Shown one piece after another: positions 24,875 through 38,800 of a DNA stretch of 64,000 bases. The stretch covers positions 291,338,001-291,402,000 of the forward strand of contig OZ024742.1 of assembly GCA_964016885.1 (NCBI GenBank), read 5' to 3'. A program made the position numbers and the translations under genes. This stretch comes from Eledone cirrhosa (Eukaryota). Positions within the stretch are counted from its first letter, which is position 1; each line of letters starts with the position of its first letter. A model generated the notes under the pieces. The model was not told where the DNA came from. It worked only from the letters and a program-made list of their open reading frames with translations, and did no database searches.

Positions 24875-25007
24875 TTATAAGATGGAATTAGTTGCATTGA
24901 TAAGGTTGGAATCAACAAGTGTTTTCTGCAACAGGCTGTACACATGAAGTTGTTCATCCGGTTTAAGCATCAGAATGTTTTGAAGAATTTTCTGTGGATT
25001 ATGTAAT
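24875..25007 (-). CDS. Cds: CDP-diacylglycerol synthase terminal coding exon (133 bp including TAA)
   Basis: ttccag|A acceptor. Encodes (R)LHNPQKILQNILMLKPDEQLHVYSLLQKTLVDSNLINATNSIL*, resembling the recalled CDS2 PNPSKLIQQFLTLRPDQQLHIF. The eight exons total 1062 nt, i.e. 354 codons in frame. Confidence 0.93.
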
Positions 25008-25717
25008 CTGGAATATGAAAACGTGAAATGTTAGTAGATTATACATACATATGTTGTGTATGTGTGTGTGAATATATATAAAGGAGGGGGTACTGAAAGG
25101 TTCCTAGCTTTAATCTCTTCAGTGCTGTAGACGATATAACTCATCCTAACATGTATACATTCCAGTGCCACGGATGAGATAACTTATCCTAACATATTTG
25201 AACTCTTTTCCAACAGTTTATAACTTCAAAGCTAGATGGGGTTACTAGTTTATTGATGTGACGTTTGTCAATAATTCAGATATGTGTTGTTAATAAATGT
25301 TTGTTTTAAAAAATAGTCATTTAACTGACCCTCTCTCTCTTGATACTCCGACCATTGCCATATTTCATTTAATATTGATTTAAATTAATTACAATAATTT
25401 TCTTCCATATTTCATTTAATCATTATCAAACCCTCCCTTCCTTTGTTCATCCACTGTAACATCCAAGATGTGACAGTTGGGAGGAGAGAGAGAGGGCTGA
25501 ACCAGCACTGGGCTGATTCAGTGGACCCTCAAGACTGTGACACATGGAAGAGGATAGAAGGTTGCATCAGGATTGTGCTGGTAAGTACTTTCTTAATCAA
25601 ACCTGAAAATGAATGAAGCAATGTGGATCTCGACAGGATTTGAACTGAAAGTGCAGAGAGCCAGAATATATAATCAGCATGCCTTTTACAATACAACAAG
25701 AGACATAAGAGGTTTAC

Positions 25718-25821
25718 CTAATAAAACTGGTATAGTAAACATGGATAAATGTAGCCATGAGGAACTGACAGTCAAATCGATCCATGATTCCACCATGTCC
25801 AGGAATGATATCACCAAAGTC
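25718..25821 (-). CDS. Cds: CDP-diacylglycerol synthase exon (104 bp) with cytidylyltransferase signature
   Basis: cttgcag|GAC acceptor and AG|gtaaac donor. Encodes [34 protein letters not shown](R), completing the KD...PGHGG..DR.D signature. Confidence 0.97.
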
Positions 25822-26761
25822 CTGCAAGAAAAAACAACAAATAAAACATTAAAATAAAGAAATACACAATAATATATTTCATTCCCTTCTGATCCCATTT
25901 ATATATAGTTTAACTTAAATTCTCCTCCACTTCTTCAGTCATATATTCCTTTTCATATTTCAGATGGTATATATTATATTCACATAGTGGAGGAGATTTT
26001 TCTGAAAATGTAGCTAAAATAAGAACAGGGTGGGGGAAAAGTTCAAGGAGCTACTACCTTTGTTGACAACAAAGGAGTTCTCTATGCCTGAGTGCAGAGA
26101 GCAATGTGCCATAACAGTAAGGCATGGGAGGTGAATGTCTAATGTTAGTATACATGAAATGTGAAACACAGATTAGTTTAGAGAAAAAACTAGGTGTAAG
26201 AGGAATCAGATGTAGTCTGGAAGAATTAAAACTGTGCTGGTATGGACATGTAATGCATATGAAGGTTGATAGTTAAGTGAAGAAATCCAAGAGTTCCTAG
26301 TGGAAGCAAGGTATGGAAGATGAAGACCAAGAAAGACATGAGCAGGTGTAGTGAAAGCTGATTTTAAAAAACTAAACCCCACAAAGGAGATGGCAAAGAT
26401 GAGCTAGGGTAGAAAATACTTGCATAAAGTGCCACATAATAGTACTGAACCCCAAACTACATGGCCCTAAATTGAACTTCTTAAGCATACAGCCATGCCT
26501 GTGCCTTATAATCAATATAGAAAATGCCATTCTGTGTGAATGTTCAGACTTTAAATCTATTGAACACTGACTAAATATTGGTTTTTGTCTGTGTGTCTGT
26601 TACCAGCTACAAAGGAAGGAAATTGCTTGTTATAGTGACACAATTAAATCACAATGTTAAAATTACTGTCCTCATCTAATGAGACAATCATCTACTCAGT
26701 CTGTCAAGTTGCTAACTTTGAAAGTAAAATTACGAACATCTTTGTTATTAGATTTCTTGCA

Positions 26762-27258
26762 GACGAGCTGATAAACTCCGACCTCACACACTTACACCTC
26801 TCCAAGACAATGTCACTGGACTGAGACCTTTGGCGGTACTCAGTAACAGAGAAGACCCGCCTTACCTAAATACATAGTAAAACCTACTCCAGCCAGTAGG
26901 CATCTCTAACAAAATACACCCCGTCCCACCACCACCACCACCCCATCCACACCACCCCGTTCTATGTAAAGTTATGTTGGTGCCGCGCCATCCAGGCCGA
27001 AACAAATGAGATCGTGTAGGTGTCACGACAAAAAAAACACACAGTCCACTCTGTAATGTGGCCGGGTAGGCAACACGGTAAAAACCTCCCAGACCCACAC
27101 TGTAAATGTGGTTGGTGTTAGGAAGGGCATCCAACTGTAGAAAACCTGCCAGACAGTCCTATGCGAGCAAGACAATCACTCTTGCCTCAAGTGGGACTAC
27201 CCCCGTCCAAACCCATGCAAGCGTGGAACACGGACGTTAAACGTTGATGATGATGATG
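26762..27258 (+). mobile_element. RTE LINE family A, 3' end (within Cds intron)
   Basis: Encodes [20 protein letters not shown]..., followed by the 3'UTR and (GAT)n tail. Confidence 0.9.
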
Positions 27259-27914
27259 AATCCATAGAATTAACTCTTAACATCCTAAGATGATGTTTCA
27301 GAAAATATCTAAAAACCGGTTTAATAAGTGTAGAGTAGAGCATTACGACAAGCTTGTAAAGGTGGACTGTTGATGGAAGGGACTTCCAGTTAGGTGGCTA
27401 ACAAGACCTGGACTTTAAGGACAGACCGTTTCTCCTTACACTTTGTAATTGTTTGTCACATAATAAACAACAGTTAAACAAAACACTTTAATTGAAAATG
27501 TGAGGCATAATGCTGTTTTATACTTTTCAAGAATGTTTTCTTAATGTACTTTCATGTGGTTTGTTAATTTAAAAGTTTATAGTATCTTTACTAGTAGAGA
27601 GATCATTGTGAAAATTTGTAGCATTAATATTTAATATGATGTAGTCATAGTACCAATTTGTAATTTTCAAGAATGTCTTGTTAATGTGGTTTCATGAGGT
27701 AAAGGTTGCTAAGAATTAAACAAAAACTTTAACAAAAAAATGGTTGTCTTTCAGTTGGTCAACATAAAATAGAAATATATCTGTTTTTGTATAATGTTTG
27801 TGGAATTGCCAATTGTTTATATTTAGCCCTTTCATTACCATATTTCTAAAAGCCCTTGCCTATAATTATTTTGAAAATAATCAAGAATTTTGAGGGTTCT
27901 AGTAAAATAAATAC

Positions 27915-28250
27915 CATCATCATCATTTCATTTTACGTCCACTTTTCCCTGCTTGCAAGGGTGGGACGGGAACTGATTCTGGCTTGATTTCTACAGCTGG
28001 ATGTCCTTCCTAACACCAACCTCATTTACAGTGAGTGCTGAGTGCTTTTTTGCCGTGGCACCTCCACGACCACTTTGCAGTGGAATGATAGGGACCCCAG
28101 TCCCTATCATCTCATTTCTACAGCTGAGTAAACTGGAGCAATGTGAAATAAAGTGTCTTGCTCAAGGAAACAACACATCACCCGGTCTGAAAATTGAACT
28201 CACAACCTTTCGATTGCAAGGCCAATGCTCTAACCACTAAGCCATGTGCC
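27915..28250 (-). mobile_element. full-length tRNA-derived SINE with RTE-derived tail
   Basis: Head ggcacatggcttagtggttagagc (A box) ... gagttcaatt (B box); core ccttgagcaagacactttatttcac; RTE tail ending in (GAT)n. Confidence 0.85.
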
Positions 28251-28749
28251 TTCTATACTCATATATATATGTGCCATATATACTCATATATATATAAGTT
28301 GAGAAATATGTGACAAAAAATACAGACAGTTTTGTATTGCAGAATCTGGGGTGGTTTCAGGTGCTTTCGTGTCAAAAGGGGGAAATATCTATTCAGTCTG
28401 TCAATTTATCAATTTAGAAAGTCAAATTACCAACATCATTGTTATTAAACTTCTATTAGAATTAAACAACTCAACAAAACATAATATACTTTATATGACA
28501 ACAATGTCTAAATGTAAATTAAATAAAGAGACATTGGAGCTAAGTAACAACAGCCACAACAGCAACAAACATTTTAAAGCAGTGGAGAAAGCATATGACA
28601 AGATTCTCCATTTTTACTAGTGATGCAGTCATAGTGCTGTTTTATACTTTTCAAGAACGTTTTGCTAATATGGTTTCTTACAATACAGGATGTTAAGAGT
28701 TAAAGATTATTAACGAAAAAAAAAAAAGAGATAAGTTTTTTTTCCGAAC

Positions 28750-28884
28750 CTTGATTTTGAAAGCTCTTTTAAAGCCACTGGCAAAGAATCCTCCGAAAGG
28801 TCCGATTACTGAGGCAAACAGTGACAAAGAGATACTGTGTAACATAAATGGATAGGTTCGAAGTGTTCGATATGGAATGTGCAG
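28750..28884 (-). CDS. Cds: CDP-diacylglycerol synthase exon (135 bp)
   Basis: ttgcag|CTG acceptor and AAG|gttcgg donor. Encodes [45 protein letters not shown]. Confidence 0.96.
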
Positions 28885-29161
28885 CTGCAATTAAACAATA
28901 ATAATAATATTACCATTATACATATGTATATATATATTTAAAATAAATCAAAAACAAAATGGGTGAAAAATAAAACAGTACCAGAGAATAAACACAATAC
29001 AATTAATGGTATATTAGTATAACACTGATAAGAAGTTAGGGAAAAAGTCTTGGCTTTTCAAACACTAGTAAAGATCCATCTATGGTTTCAGACAAAGAGT
29101 ATCCAGCTATTTTAAACACTGGGTGCTTCTATGAAATGTGGTGAATAATGATGACACTTAC

Positions 29162-29314
29162 CAGGGTAAAAAGTCCATCTAGAGTTTCAGGCAAGGAATA
29201 TTCAGCTATTTTAAACACTGGGTGACGTTCACATTCCATTGAGAGTCTGTTAGATGTTGGGTTGAAGCTGATTGGACACACAAAGTAATCCCATTGTAAC
29301 AATAGATAGGAAAG
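29162..29314 (-). CDS. Cds: CDP-diacylglycerol synthase exon (153 bp)
   Basis: ttttcag|CTT acceptor and CTG|gtaagt donor. Encodes LSYLLLQWDYFVCPISFNPTSNRLSMECERHPVFKIAEYSLPETLDGLFTL (FVCP...CE conserved). Confidence 0.93.
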
Positions 29315-31649
29315 CTGAAAAAATAATTATATGAAAAGGGAGTTTTAGAAAACATAACTACTGTGGATAAGGTGTTGGACTCATGATCATAAGGTCATGG
29401 GTTCGATAACTGGACCACGCAACATATTGTGCCCTTGAACAAGATGCTTCATTTCATATTGTCTCAGTTCACTCAGCTAAAAAAATGAGAACCAATGGTA
29501 GCTGGGTGTTAACCCTTGCAACGGACTGGCGTCTGGACTAGGGAGAAGTCTTTTCATAAGACTAGGGCCTATATCATTATAACACCCAATGACATACCCG
29601 ATAGAAAAGCAGCTAAACCTACATAAGTGTGAGCTGTGGCAACAACAGGGGAGTATTAAGATAGGGGAAGGTATATGAAGGAGATTAGTGCTAACTGGCA
29701 GAAAAACCTACCCAAATAATTTTATAAAAGAACCTTTGTTAAGTTATGTTCCAAATACCAGATAAATAATGAGAAAGTTAGTTATTTTATTAAATCCCTC
29801 CAAATTCTCGATTGTTTTCAAAATTATTTGAAAATTACAGCCAGTGTATTTCATTGGAAATATGGTAATGAAAGGGTTAAAAACAGTGTATTTCATTAGA
29901 AATATGGTACTGAAAGGGTTACTTTTATCAGTAAATGTCTGACAACATGTAGTATTGAGAACTGTATAGATTTGTTTCACTAATCTCCAGTTATTTTGGA
30001 TTAATAATGGTTTATTTAGACATAAAGCCAGAAATCTTGGGGAAGGAAAGTAAATTAAATTGACCTCAGTACATAACTGGTACTTTATCTATTAACTCTG
30101 GAAGGCTGAAAAACAATGTCCTCCTCAGTGAGATTAGAACTCAGACTGTAGAGAGCAGGAACAGATATCACAAAGCATTTTGTCCAACACTTTGCCAATT
30201 CTGATAATCCACCATGCTACTTTGTATTAAAAATAAAATATCAGAAAATATCTAATATATATATCATCATCATCATCATTCGTTTCTCCCTCTTTGTGCC
30301 TGTTCTCGGTAAGATCAGACGTTTTTCTCTTCGCTCTCTCTCTCGTGCTATTAATATGGATTCAGGGCTTATGTTCAGTCTCCTTTTTAACGTCTCCCTC
30401 TCTCCCATTGGTTACTGAAACTTACATGTACTACTGTCTCATGTTTCCCCCTCTCTATCGCTATGTTTTTCTTCTGTTTATTTTCTTTTACTGTTGTTCT
30501 CTTCTCTATCGTCTTTTTTTTGTTGTTTTTTCCCTTAATAACTATACCTAGTAGTTATTAACGCACTGTGGTGAGATGTACTGTCTTTCATGCGTCAAAA
30601 CATCAGCACCCACAGCAGACAGCCGAAGAGCGGGAATTGTCATTATGTTTGTGTTTCTCTTGTTTTCTAAACAATATTTATTAGTAACCACACAGCGCCT
30701 TTGTCACTTTTAATTCATATTAATATATATATATATATAACGATGACCATCAATTATCTTAACATGAAATCAAAGAAGCCCACATGAAACCAATGCTGTA
30801 CACAAACTCAAACAAACACAATCCATAAAACTATATTCAATCCATTCACCAGAGACATACAGCACAAGACAAAGTAAAAATCAATCATGTGGCCTAGTGG
30901 TTGGGATGTTGGATTCATGCTTATAAGGTCAATGTTCGATTCATGGATTGGGCAGCATGTTGTGTTCTTGAGCACGATGCTTTGCTTCACATTGCTTATC
31001 ATCTAACCCATGCTAGCGTGGAAGAACGGACGTAAAACGGTGATGATGATGATGATGATGATGTCTGGGGCTCATATCATTAAAATGCTCAAGAAACCTC
31101 TTGTTAGATACAACTTCATAGGAGGCCAGCTTAACCTGCATATGCCTTAAGTGTAAAAACAAAAACAACACATACATACATATATATAAAGTTGTATCTA
31201 ACAGGAGGCTTCTTGGGTGTTTTAATAAGGACCCCAGACATCATGAAAAGCAATGTGAAATGAAACATCGTGCTCAAGAACACAACACACTGCTCAGTTC
31301 AGGAATCAAACTACTCACCTACACTCCCCAGCCTTCTTAAAATTTTTTTTTCCCCAAAATCTGTTGTTCCAGCCTTTTCTTCCTCTCTCTTCAAACTCTC
31401 CATTTCTTGAAGAAGGACTTATGCCTGATATGTCGAAATCCTCATTTACTTCTTCCTAAACATAAAACTAATAAGACTGTGTTTTTGTATCTCTGTTTTA
31501 TCTATCCTTGAACTATATATATATATGAGAGAGGGTAGCAGGACTTGGTCCTCTATCATTAAAATGCATAGGTGTGAGCTATAAATTATATTATCTTATT
31601 ATTTTTAAAAGGGTTAAATACTCAATTGAATGATGAAATCTCAACTTAC

Positions 31650-31806
31650 CAAAATTCCAAATATTATTGTTGAAAATGCTCCGCCTATAAATCCTTCCCA
31701 TGTTTTCTTGGGAGACAGCTTGATAAGAGGTGTTTTACCGAAAAAGAAACCAAACATATAGGCCATGATATCATTGCAGATAATCATAGACACTGGAACC
31801 ATTAGC
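31650..31806 (-). CDS. Cds: CDP-diacylglycerol synthase exon (157 bp)
   Basis: ttcag|G acceptor and TTG|gtaagt donor. Encodes (W)[52 protein letters not shown], including the family SPKKTWEG motif. Confidence 0.97.
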
Positions 31807-31989
31807 CTGAAAATAAAGAAACAAAAAAAAATAATAAAACAAAGATGTTAAAAAAATCTCCAGGAGTATTTCCTGACTTATTCAACTATTATTTATAGTT
31901 ATTGGCATTGTGATGCTCCCCACCCCCCCCAAAAAGGAAAAAAAATATTTTCAAATGAATAGGGACTTAAGTAGTAATTTGCTGCTTAC

Positions 31990-32072
31990 CAAATGAGACC
32001 TTCAAAGACATTTTGTACAATCAGGTGGGATTGAGTGACAACAATCAACAGAGTCACATGGGTATAACCAAA
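31990..32072 (-). CDS. Cds: CDP-diacylglycerol synthase exon (83 bp)
   Basis: tttcag|TTT acceptor and TG|gtaagc donor. Encodes [27 protein letters not shown](W). Ends in phase 2. Confidence 0.96.
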
Positions 32073-32502
32073 CTGAAATATAAAGAAAAATATATATAAC
32101 ATTTTAGTATAGTTTATGTGAAGCTTTGTGAAATATGTAGTTTTGAAGTTGGTATAATGTATGTAAGAAATAGCAGAGTGAAAACTAGGCAAAACAAAAC
32201 AACACTTTACTGAGTTACTTTATATTTCATGATATTTCAGAGTGAGAACAGCTTTTTCAAAAGAAAATGGTATGAGGGTTGTGGTGAGATGGGTTTCTCT
32301 GTGCTGATATATAAAGGCCAGAGAGGTTGTGGCAAGTGTAAACTGATCTGTATGTATCACCACCATGCTCTGTTTCCTTTACTTACACATTGAAACTCAT
32401 AGAAACAGAGCTTGTAAACAAATACATGAAATATGTCCAACCACAGATGTTGTGAGGAAGCCAGGTCTCCAATAAAGGGGACAGTATTTAGGATACACCC
32501 TG

Positions 32503-32850
32503 GAACTGCTAGTTGGCTGAGATAATGTAGTGGGATAAGAAGGTATCACCAGGCTGGTAGAAGAAACAGTATCTGGAGTACATCCAACATGAACTGCTAG
32601 CTGAGAGAGAACTATCAGGTTCCCTGGCAGGAGAGACAGCATCTGAAGTTCATTCAACATGAACTGCTAGTTGACTGAGAACCACCAGGTTCCCTGGCAG
32701 AAGAAACAGTATCTGGTGTACATCCAGCATGAACTGTTAGCTGAGAGATAACTATTAGGTTCCCTGGCAGGAGAGACAGCATCTGGAGTACATCCAGCAT
32801 GAACTGCTAGTTGACTGAGAGCCTCAGGTTCCTAGCAGAAGAGACAACAA
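32503..32850. repeat. 70-bp minisatellite, about 5 units with alternating subtypes
   Basis: gaactg(c/t)tag unit starts at 32503, 32591, 32661, 32731 and 32801. Confidence 0.9.
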
Positions 32851-34299
32851 TTATATCATACCCAGGAACTGTGAGCTGACTAAGATAGTGTGGTGGGATC
32901 AGATGATAACACTAATGTGACTCAGGGTCATACCAGTATTGGCTCTGGTCATATGTCAAACCTTGATTTATACAAATGGACATGAATATCACATTTCTCC
33001 CAGAAACCTAACCTGAACCCAAATATGTAAAAGTGCCTCCCACCACAACATGGTGTGAGGAAGTTAGGACCCTGCCAGAGATAGTATCTGGAACCCATCC
33101 CCAGAGAGAACAACTATTAGGTGACTGAGGCCAGATGATGAAACCAAAGGATATCACAAATGTGGCTCAGCATCGAGCCAGGTGAAGAAAAACTATAGTG
33201 GTCTGTGTAACAACTGTTTAATACATCATCATCATCTTTTTACGTTGTCTTTTCCATGCTTGCATGGGTTGGATGAGTCTTTTCTAGCATAACACTCCTC
33301 TACTCATCACTGTCCTTCTTCATCATCTCCTCTGTGAGTTTCAGCAATTTGAGATCAGCTCACACAACTTCCACTCAGGTCTTTTTAGGTCTTCCTCTAT
33401 TGTGGGGGTCCTTCCACTGAGATTTCTTGGCACTTTTTCATCCAATGACTCCCATGTCCATATCAGTATAGTCTTCTCTCCGGCACATTACATCTGATTC
33501 CTCTTATATCTATCTTTTCTCTCAGCATATATTGAAGTGTGAGAAAGAATACTGCAAAATTTGATCTGAGAGAGAGCAGCAGTAGTTATTGATATTTTAC
33601 AATTGATTGGTTAAAAAGTGGGAAAAGCAGACATCTGGAATTGTTGCAATAACAGGGAATTATTGAACTTTCAATCCCTGTCGGCAGCCATGCTAACATG
33701 GAAAACTGTCAGGAGAGAGAGAGAGAGAAGTGGCCTACATTTAAAGAATCCAGTATAATCACTAGCTTTTGTGGTGGTCTAGTGTTATTGAATGAAACAC
33801 TTAGAAATTCACCACCACCACCACCATCATAATTTTTTCCATGCTAGTATGGGTAGGAGTTTTCTCCATAACATTCCTGGTTTTGCTTTTCCGTGGTCTC
33901 CTCCCACTGGATTCTCCTAACACTTTTTTACCCAACAGTCATCATACACATTACATGTCCATACCAACACTATCTTCTCTCTTGCACACTACATCTAATT
34001 CCTTGTATACCCAGATTTTCTCAGAGCTCCCCATGCTTCAACAAACATACACATTAACATTACACATCCAATGGAGCATGCTTGATTCATTTCTTTTAAG
34101 CTTTCACATATCCTCTGTATTTATTGTCAGTGTTTCAGTGCCATGCAACATCCCACTTCATAGGCAGGTGTCATTTATAGCTTGCACTGTATAAAAATAA
34201 GCTATCAACAAAATGTTGCAATATTTGTAACTACGAACAAATAGTTTAATTAAAACACCTATATAAGGTGATATAGTCTTCTCTATTTCACTACCTTAA

Positions 34300-34465
34300 C
34301 CCATTAGCATTTAAATTGGCTGTATCCAGCCAGAATTCTCTCACTTCTTTCTGTTAAAACCAACCATAACCAGCTGCTCATACTGATAGATTCGATATTA
34401 TGTGAGATAAAGCTTTTATCATGAAAATACAATAGTAAATATAGAGTAATGTAAATGCTAAAGGG
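34300..34465. mobile_element. piggyBac-like MITE (second copy at 51575-51736)
   Basis: TTAA|cccattagcattta ... taaatgctaaaggg|TTAA. Confidence 0.8.
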
Positions 34466-35706
34466 TTAAACATTTTATTTAAAAAATAAGGTTGCGTCTT
34501 ACATTCCGAAAAATATGATATAGTATTGACAGTATATTAAATGTGTAGGTTATGATGGTGATAAAAATGTTTGCACTCCTAAATGTTTGGTGTGTCAAAA
34601 TATATTATTATACCTGTGACAGACTATTCAATGCTTAGGTTATAGTAATGATGAAAAGTAAGCAAGCATCTGCTGAAGATGAAGAAAAATCCTAAAATAT
34701 GTATAAAACATTCTTACATGGATATTGAAGTACTGTGCTATAATCGCAGTGAGAATATCATCATCATCACCGTTTAATGTCCATTTTTCCATGCTAGCAT
34801 GGGTTAGACGAGTGGTCCTGTTGTGAAACAAGCCAGGTTGGATGACCATGTTTTGCTCCCACGGAACCGATTTTGGCTTGGTTTCTATGATTGGATGTCC
34901 TTCCTAATGCCAAGTACTACCACTTTACAGAATGTACTGGGTGTATTTTATAGTGGCACCAGCCACACACACACACTGATTCCATTGTCAAACTGATTAA
35001 ATTTCTCTTGCATATCTCAGAAGAAATGTAGAATCTTCTGTAGACCGTTGGATATTCCAGAACAGAGTTGCAGCAGGTAACTCCTGTGGTTGCTATGGAA
35101 ACCATTCCATTATATCCAGATATACATTTGTCAACATTTACTACAATACTACTTATGTACCAGCTTTCAAACATCAGCAGCGAATTATGTAGATGTTGAT
35201 TATCTACTTGAAGGCCTTCTTTAACACAAATGGACTTGCACATATGCATGCACGCACACGCACACACATATATATGTGAAGGCACATGGTTTATTGGTTA
35301 GAGCGTTGAGCTCACAATTGTTGTGAGTTTGAATCCTGGACCGGGTGGTGTGTTGTGTTCTTGAGCAAAACGCTTTATTTCCTGTTCCAGTTGACTGTAT
35401 CGGTCATTGCCTTTCCTTTGGACAACATCGGTGGCATGGAGAGGGGAGACTGGTATGCATGGGTGACTGCTGGTCTTCCACAAACACACCTTGCCCAGGT
35501 TTGTGCCTTGGAGGGGAACTTTCTAGGTGGTCATTCGTAACTGAATGAGGCTTATGATATATATATATATGTACAAAAGTATCTCTCTAATCTGTGTTAT
35601 AGCAGTCTATCTGGGATGGTAATGGGGGCGGGAACTTAGTGACTTCCATTGTATCACTGGTAAAACAACAAAAGAAAAAGAGAGATATGAAGTAAGAAAT
35701 ACACAC

Positions 35707-35826
35707 CAGAGTAAACTGTTTCAAATAATGTTTCTTGACCAAACTGCAGACGAAGGCAACAAAACCAGCAACGTAGAAAGAGAACGACAGGAAACGGTGG
35801 TAGGTAACGAAAAAACGAAGGAAGTT
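35707..35826 (-). CDS. Cds: CDP-diacylglycerol synthase exon (120 bp)
   Basis: ttttccag|AAC acceptor and CTG|gtgtgt donor. Encodes [40 protein letters not shown] (YHRF.SF and SLVKKHY conserved). Phase 0/0. Confidence 0.94.
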
Positions 35827-38800
35827 CTGGAAAAGAAGAGGAAAAAAACCTTATATACATTTTGGGTGTATGGGTGATATATATTATATATATATATATA
35901 TATAGTTCAAGAAAACGACAAACAGATGTATAAAAAGTCTTAGTTTCATGCTTTATATGGAAAAGGGGAAAGAAAGTTTGATGTGTCAGGCTTCAGTACT
36001 TCTTCAGGAGTACAAAAATAGAGAAAGGATCACATATAAATATGCTATGAATAACACAACCATGCTGTGAGTGGACAATAAACATTGGATTAACTCCAGA
36101 TGCTCTACACCCAATATATATAATTCCTGTTTTCCTCCGGTTGCAACGTTTTTTGAAATATCCACTTCTGCATTTACAGATTGACTTTGTTAGTTTCAGA
36201 AGATCCCGTTAAGGGTGAAAGCAGCGATTCTTTGCTTAAACTTTAATCTGTTATTTTAATAAATATATATATATCTGTTCACTCTTGTTTGTTTTATATG
36301 TTTCTTTATGATTGGATACTCCTCATCCACATCAATCACTTTACAGCATGAACCAAGCATGTCTTAATGTACCACTGACAATAGAGGTTGACCGTATGTG
36401 TTGGAGCTTTGAATGTTTTAGTTATTCAATTAACAGAATAGTCTGCATGTGAAAGTGAAATTTACATGCAAGTGGTTGAGTATTCTACAGACATGTGTGC
36501 CCTTAATGTAGTTCTCAGGGAAAGTCAGTGAGATACAGTGGGTGACAAAGCTGGCTTTTTGAATTACAGGTATTTTGAACCTCCGCTGGTTCTGACAATA
36601 AGTATTCCATTTCTTTGATAAACAGAACAGCCTGCTCATGAATTTAACGTGCAATTGGTTAAGCATTCTACAGACACATTTAACTTTAATGTTGTTCTCA
36701 GGGAGATTCAGCATGACAGTCTGTGTGACAATGAATTGTACATATGACTCACTTTTTAACTACTATCTCATGCATCTTCACAGGGTTATCAACCAGCAGG
36801 ACTAAATACTTCTATATCTTGCACCCCTCCCTCCAATTCACCAGAGCTGACCAGGATGGGATGCATCCATGTGTGGTGGATAGCAAAGTGACCTTCAAAT
36901 ATGTAGGTTAGCTGTGACTAAGTACTAGCCAAATAAGTAGTTATGGACCAAGAGTGGGAGAATTACCCAGGAGAGAGGAGTCAGCAGGTGACACTGATGA
37001 TCCACAGAACACTCTCTATCCCATGATGACCTGAGACAAGGGGAGTGTGGCCAACTTTAAAATACACCTAGAGCTGGTGTATGGCAGCAGCTACACTGGC
37101 ATCTGTAGCTGGAGGAAGAAACAAATTGTCTGACCAACAGTGGCTACAGAAAAGCTAGAACCAGCCAGTAATCCTGGTTCTAACCCCTCCACTGAGTGCT
37201 CAGCAGCCCATTTCATTTCATATTGCCTCCATCATCGTAGATTTATCTGTGCCATGGAATTAGGCCAGGATCAAACAAGTGAAAGGGTTTTCGAAGCCTC
37301 AGTCAATTCCCTCAATAATACTTTCCAACTTCTTAAACACAAGTATCAGTTTTTAATCAGTTACAGTTTTCCTAGATTGGTTGCCCGTACTGCAGCTGCA
37401 AAGTCCATTTTCTGTCATGAAATTTGAGTAGTCATAGGTGAGGGAAGGGTTTTTGCAAGATGGAAAGGGAAAATATATGAACTTTGTAGGGAAAAAAAAA
37501 AAAAAAAAAAAAGTTTCATTTATCCAGCTATTATTTAGTGAATTAAAAATATCGATGGGTATTTTTCTATTATACATTAACAAGCAACAAAACAAAATAA
37601 AAACTGTTTGTCAAGCTATTATAGTGCTTCAGAGAGTGTGTATAATTATCAGTATAGATAATCAATGGTATCAATAACCAATATTGACAGACTAGAATAT
37701 GAAATGGGGGGATGGTACAGTCATTAAACACATACAAATCAACAAAAAATAACTAGTAATAAATATGGAAATCAATTATGGCTGTTTTTAGTAAGACTAC
37801 TACTATAACCACCACTTCAACAAACCACCACTACAACAACTACTGCCATTACAACCACTACTACTACTACCACCACCACCACCACCACATCATGGACCAA
37901 CAAATTAAAAAGCCTTCAAAATGTTCAGATGGAGTCATATACATTAATCTTTCATATTTCTGATGTGAAAAATTATCAACATAGATGTACCAGGCTGTTT
38001 GTAGTTAATGTTGTTAACTGATCTATATCTCTCCATAATATAACTGACTAATGGTCTATATTTTCACTGTAGTAAATATAAACATTGATGTACCAGGTCA
38101 TGTTTGTCAATAATGTTGCAAACTTCCTATAATATAACTAATCGTGCATATTTTCAACATTGATGTACATTGTTGATAACTTTCCATAATATAACTGAAT
38201 ACATTCTCACTGTGTTAAATATAAGCATGTTGATAATATTGTACCCCACCTCTTTGCCATACTGTCAACCACCTCATCCTGATCCCCACCACGATCATCC
38301 CTTAGCTATTCTCACCCTCACTACACCCACTCTCTCTAAAAAATCTAACACACCTGTGACTACTTCCCCTATGGTATCGGAAGTTACCCCTTCCCCCCTA
38401 GTCTCAAATCCCACCACTCTTGCCACATATCCATAACACCATACTTATCTTCCTTCTCATCCACGCAGAGCAGAGAGGGCTCTTCAGTTGGAATAATAAC
38501 CAACAAATGCATCCAGAAGACCTTGTAAGGTAGCTGGCATAGTAAAGACATACTGCTGTAGAAATCATGCCAAAATGGGTTGAGAGGATGCTTCAGTTGT
38601 ATCAACAGCATCTCTCTAGTGTTGATGATCTACATGATAAATGCACCCAGTACATGCTGTAAAGAGGCTGGTGATAGAAAGGGTATCCAGCCATAAAAAT
38701 CTTGCTAAACAAAGGGTTGAGAGGACCCTTCAGTTGTGTCAAAGATATAACTTCCCCAGTGCCGGTGTCATGATAAAATACACTAGATAGAGCACAAAAA

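Noticed and set aside
24868-24877. GTAAAT directly after the Cds stop as a 3'UTR intron donor
   Set aside because: Weak match with no transcript evidence or identifiable partner acceptor.
28180-28250. tRNA gene
   Set aside because: A and B boxes are present but there is no full cloverleaf, and it continues into a SINE core and tail.
32503-32850. Regularly spaced repeats as a possible CRISPR array
   Set aside because: Whole units repeat with no unique spacers; the context is a eukaryotic intron with no cas genes.
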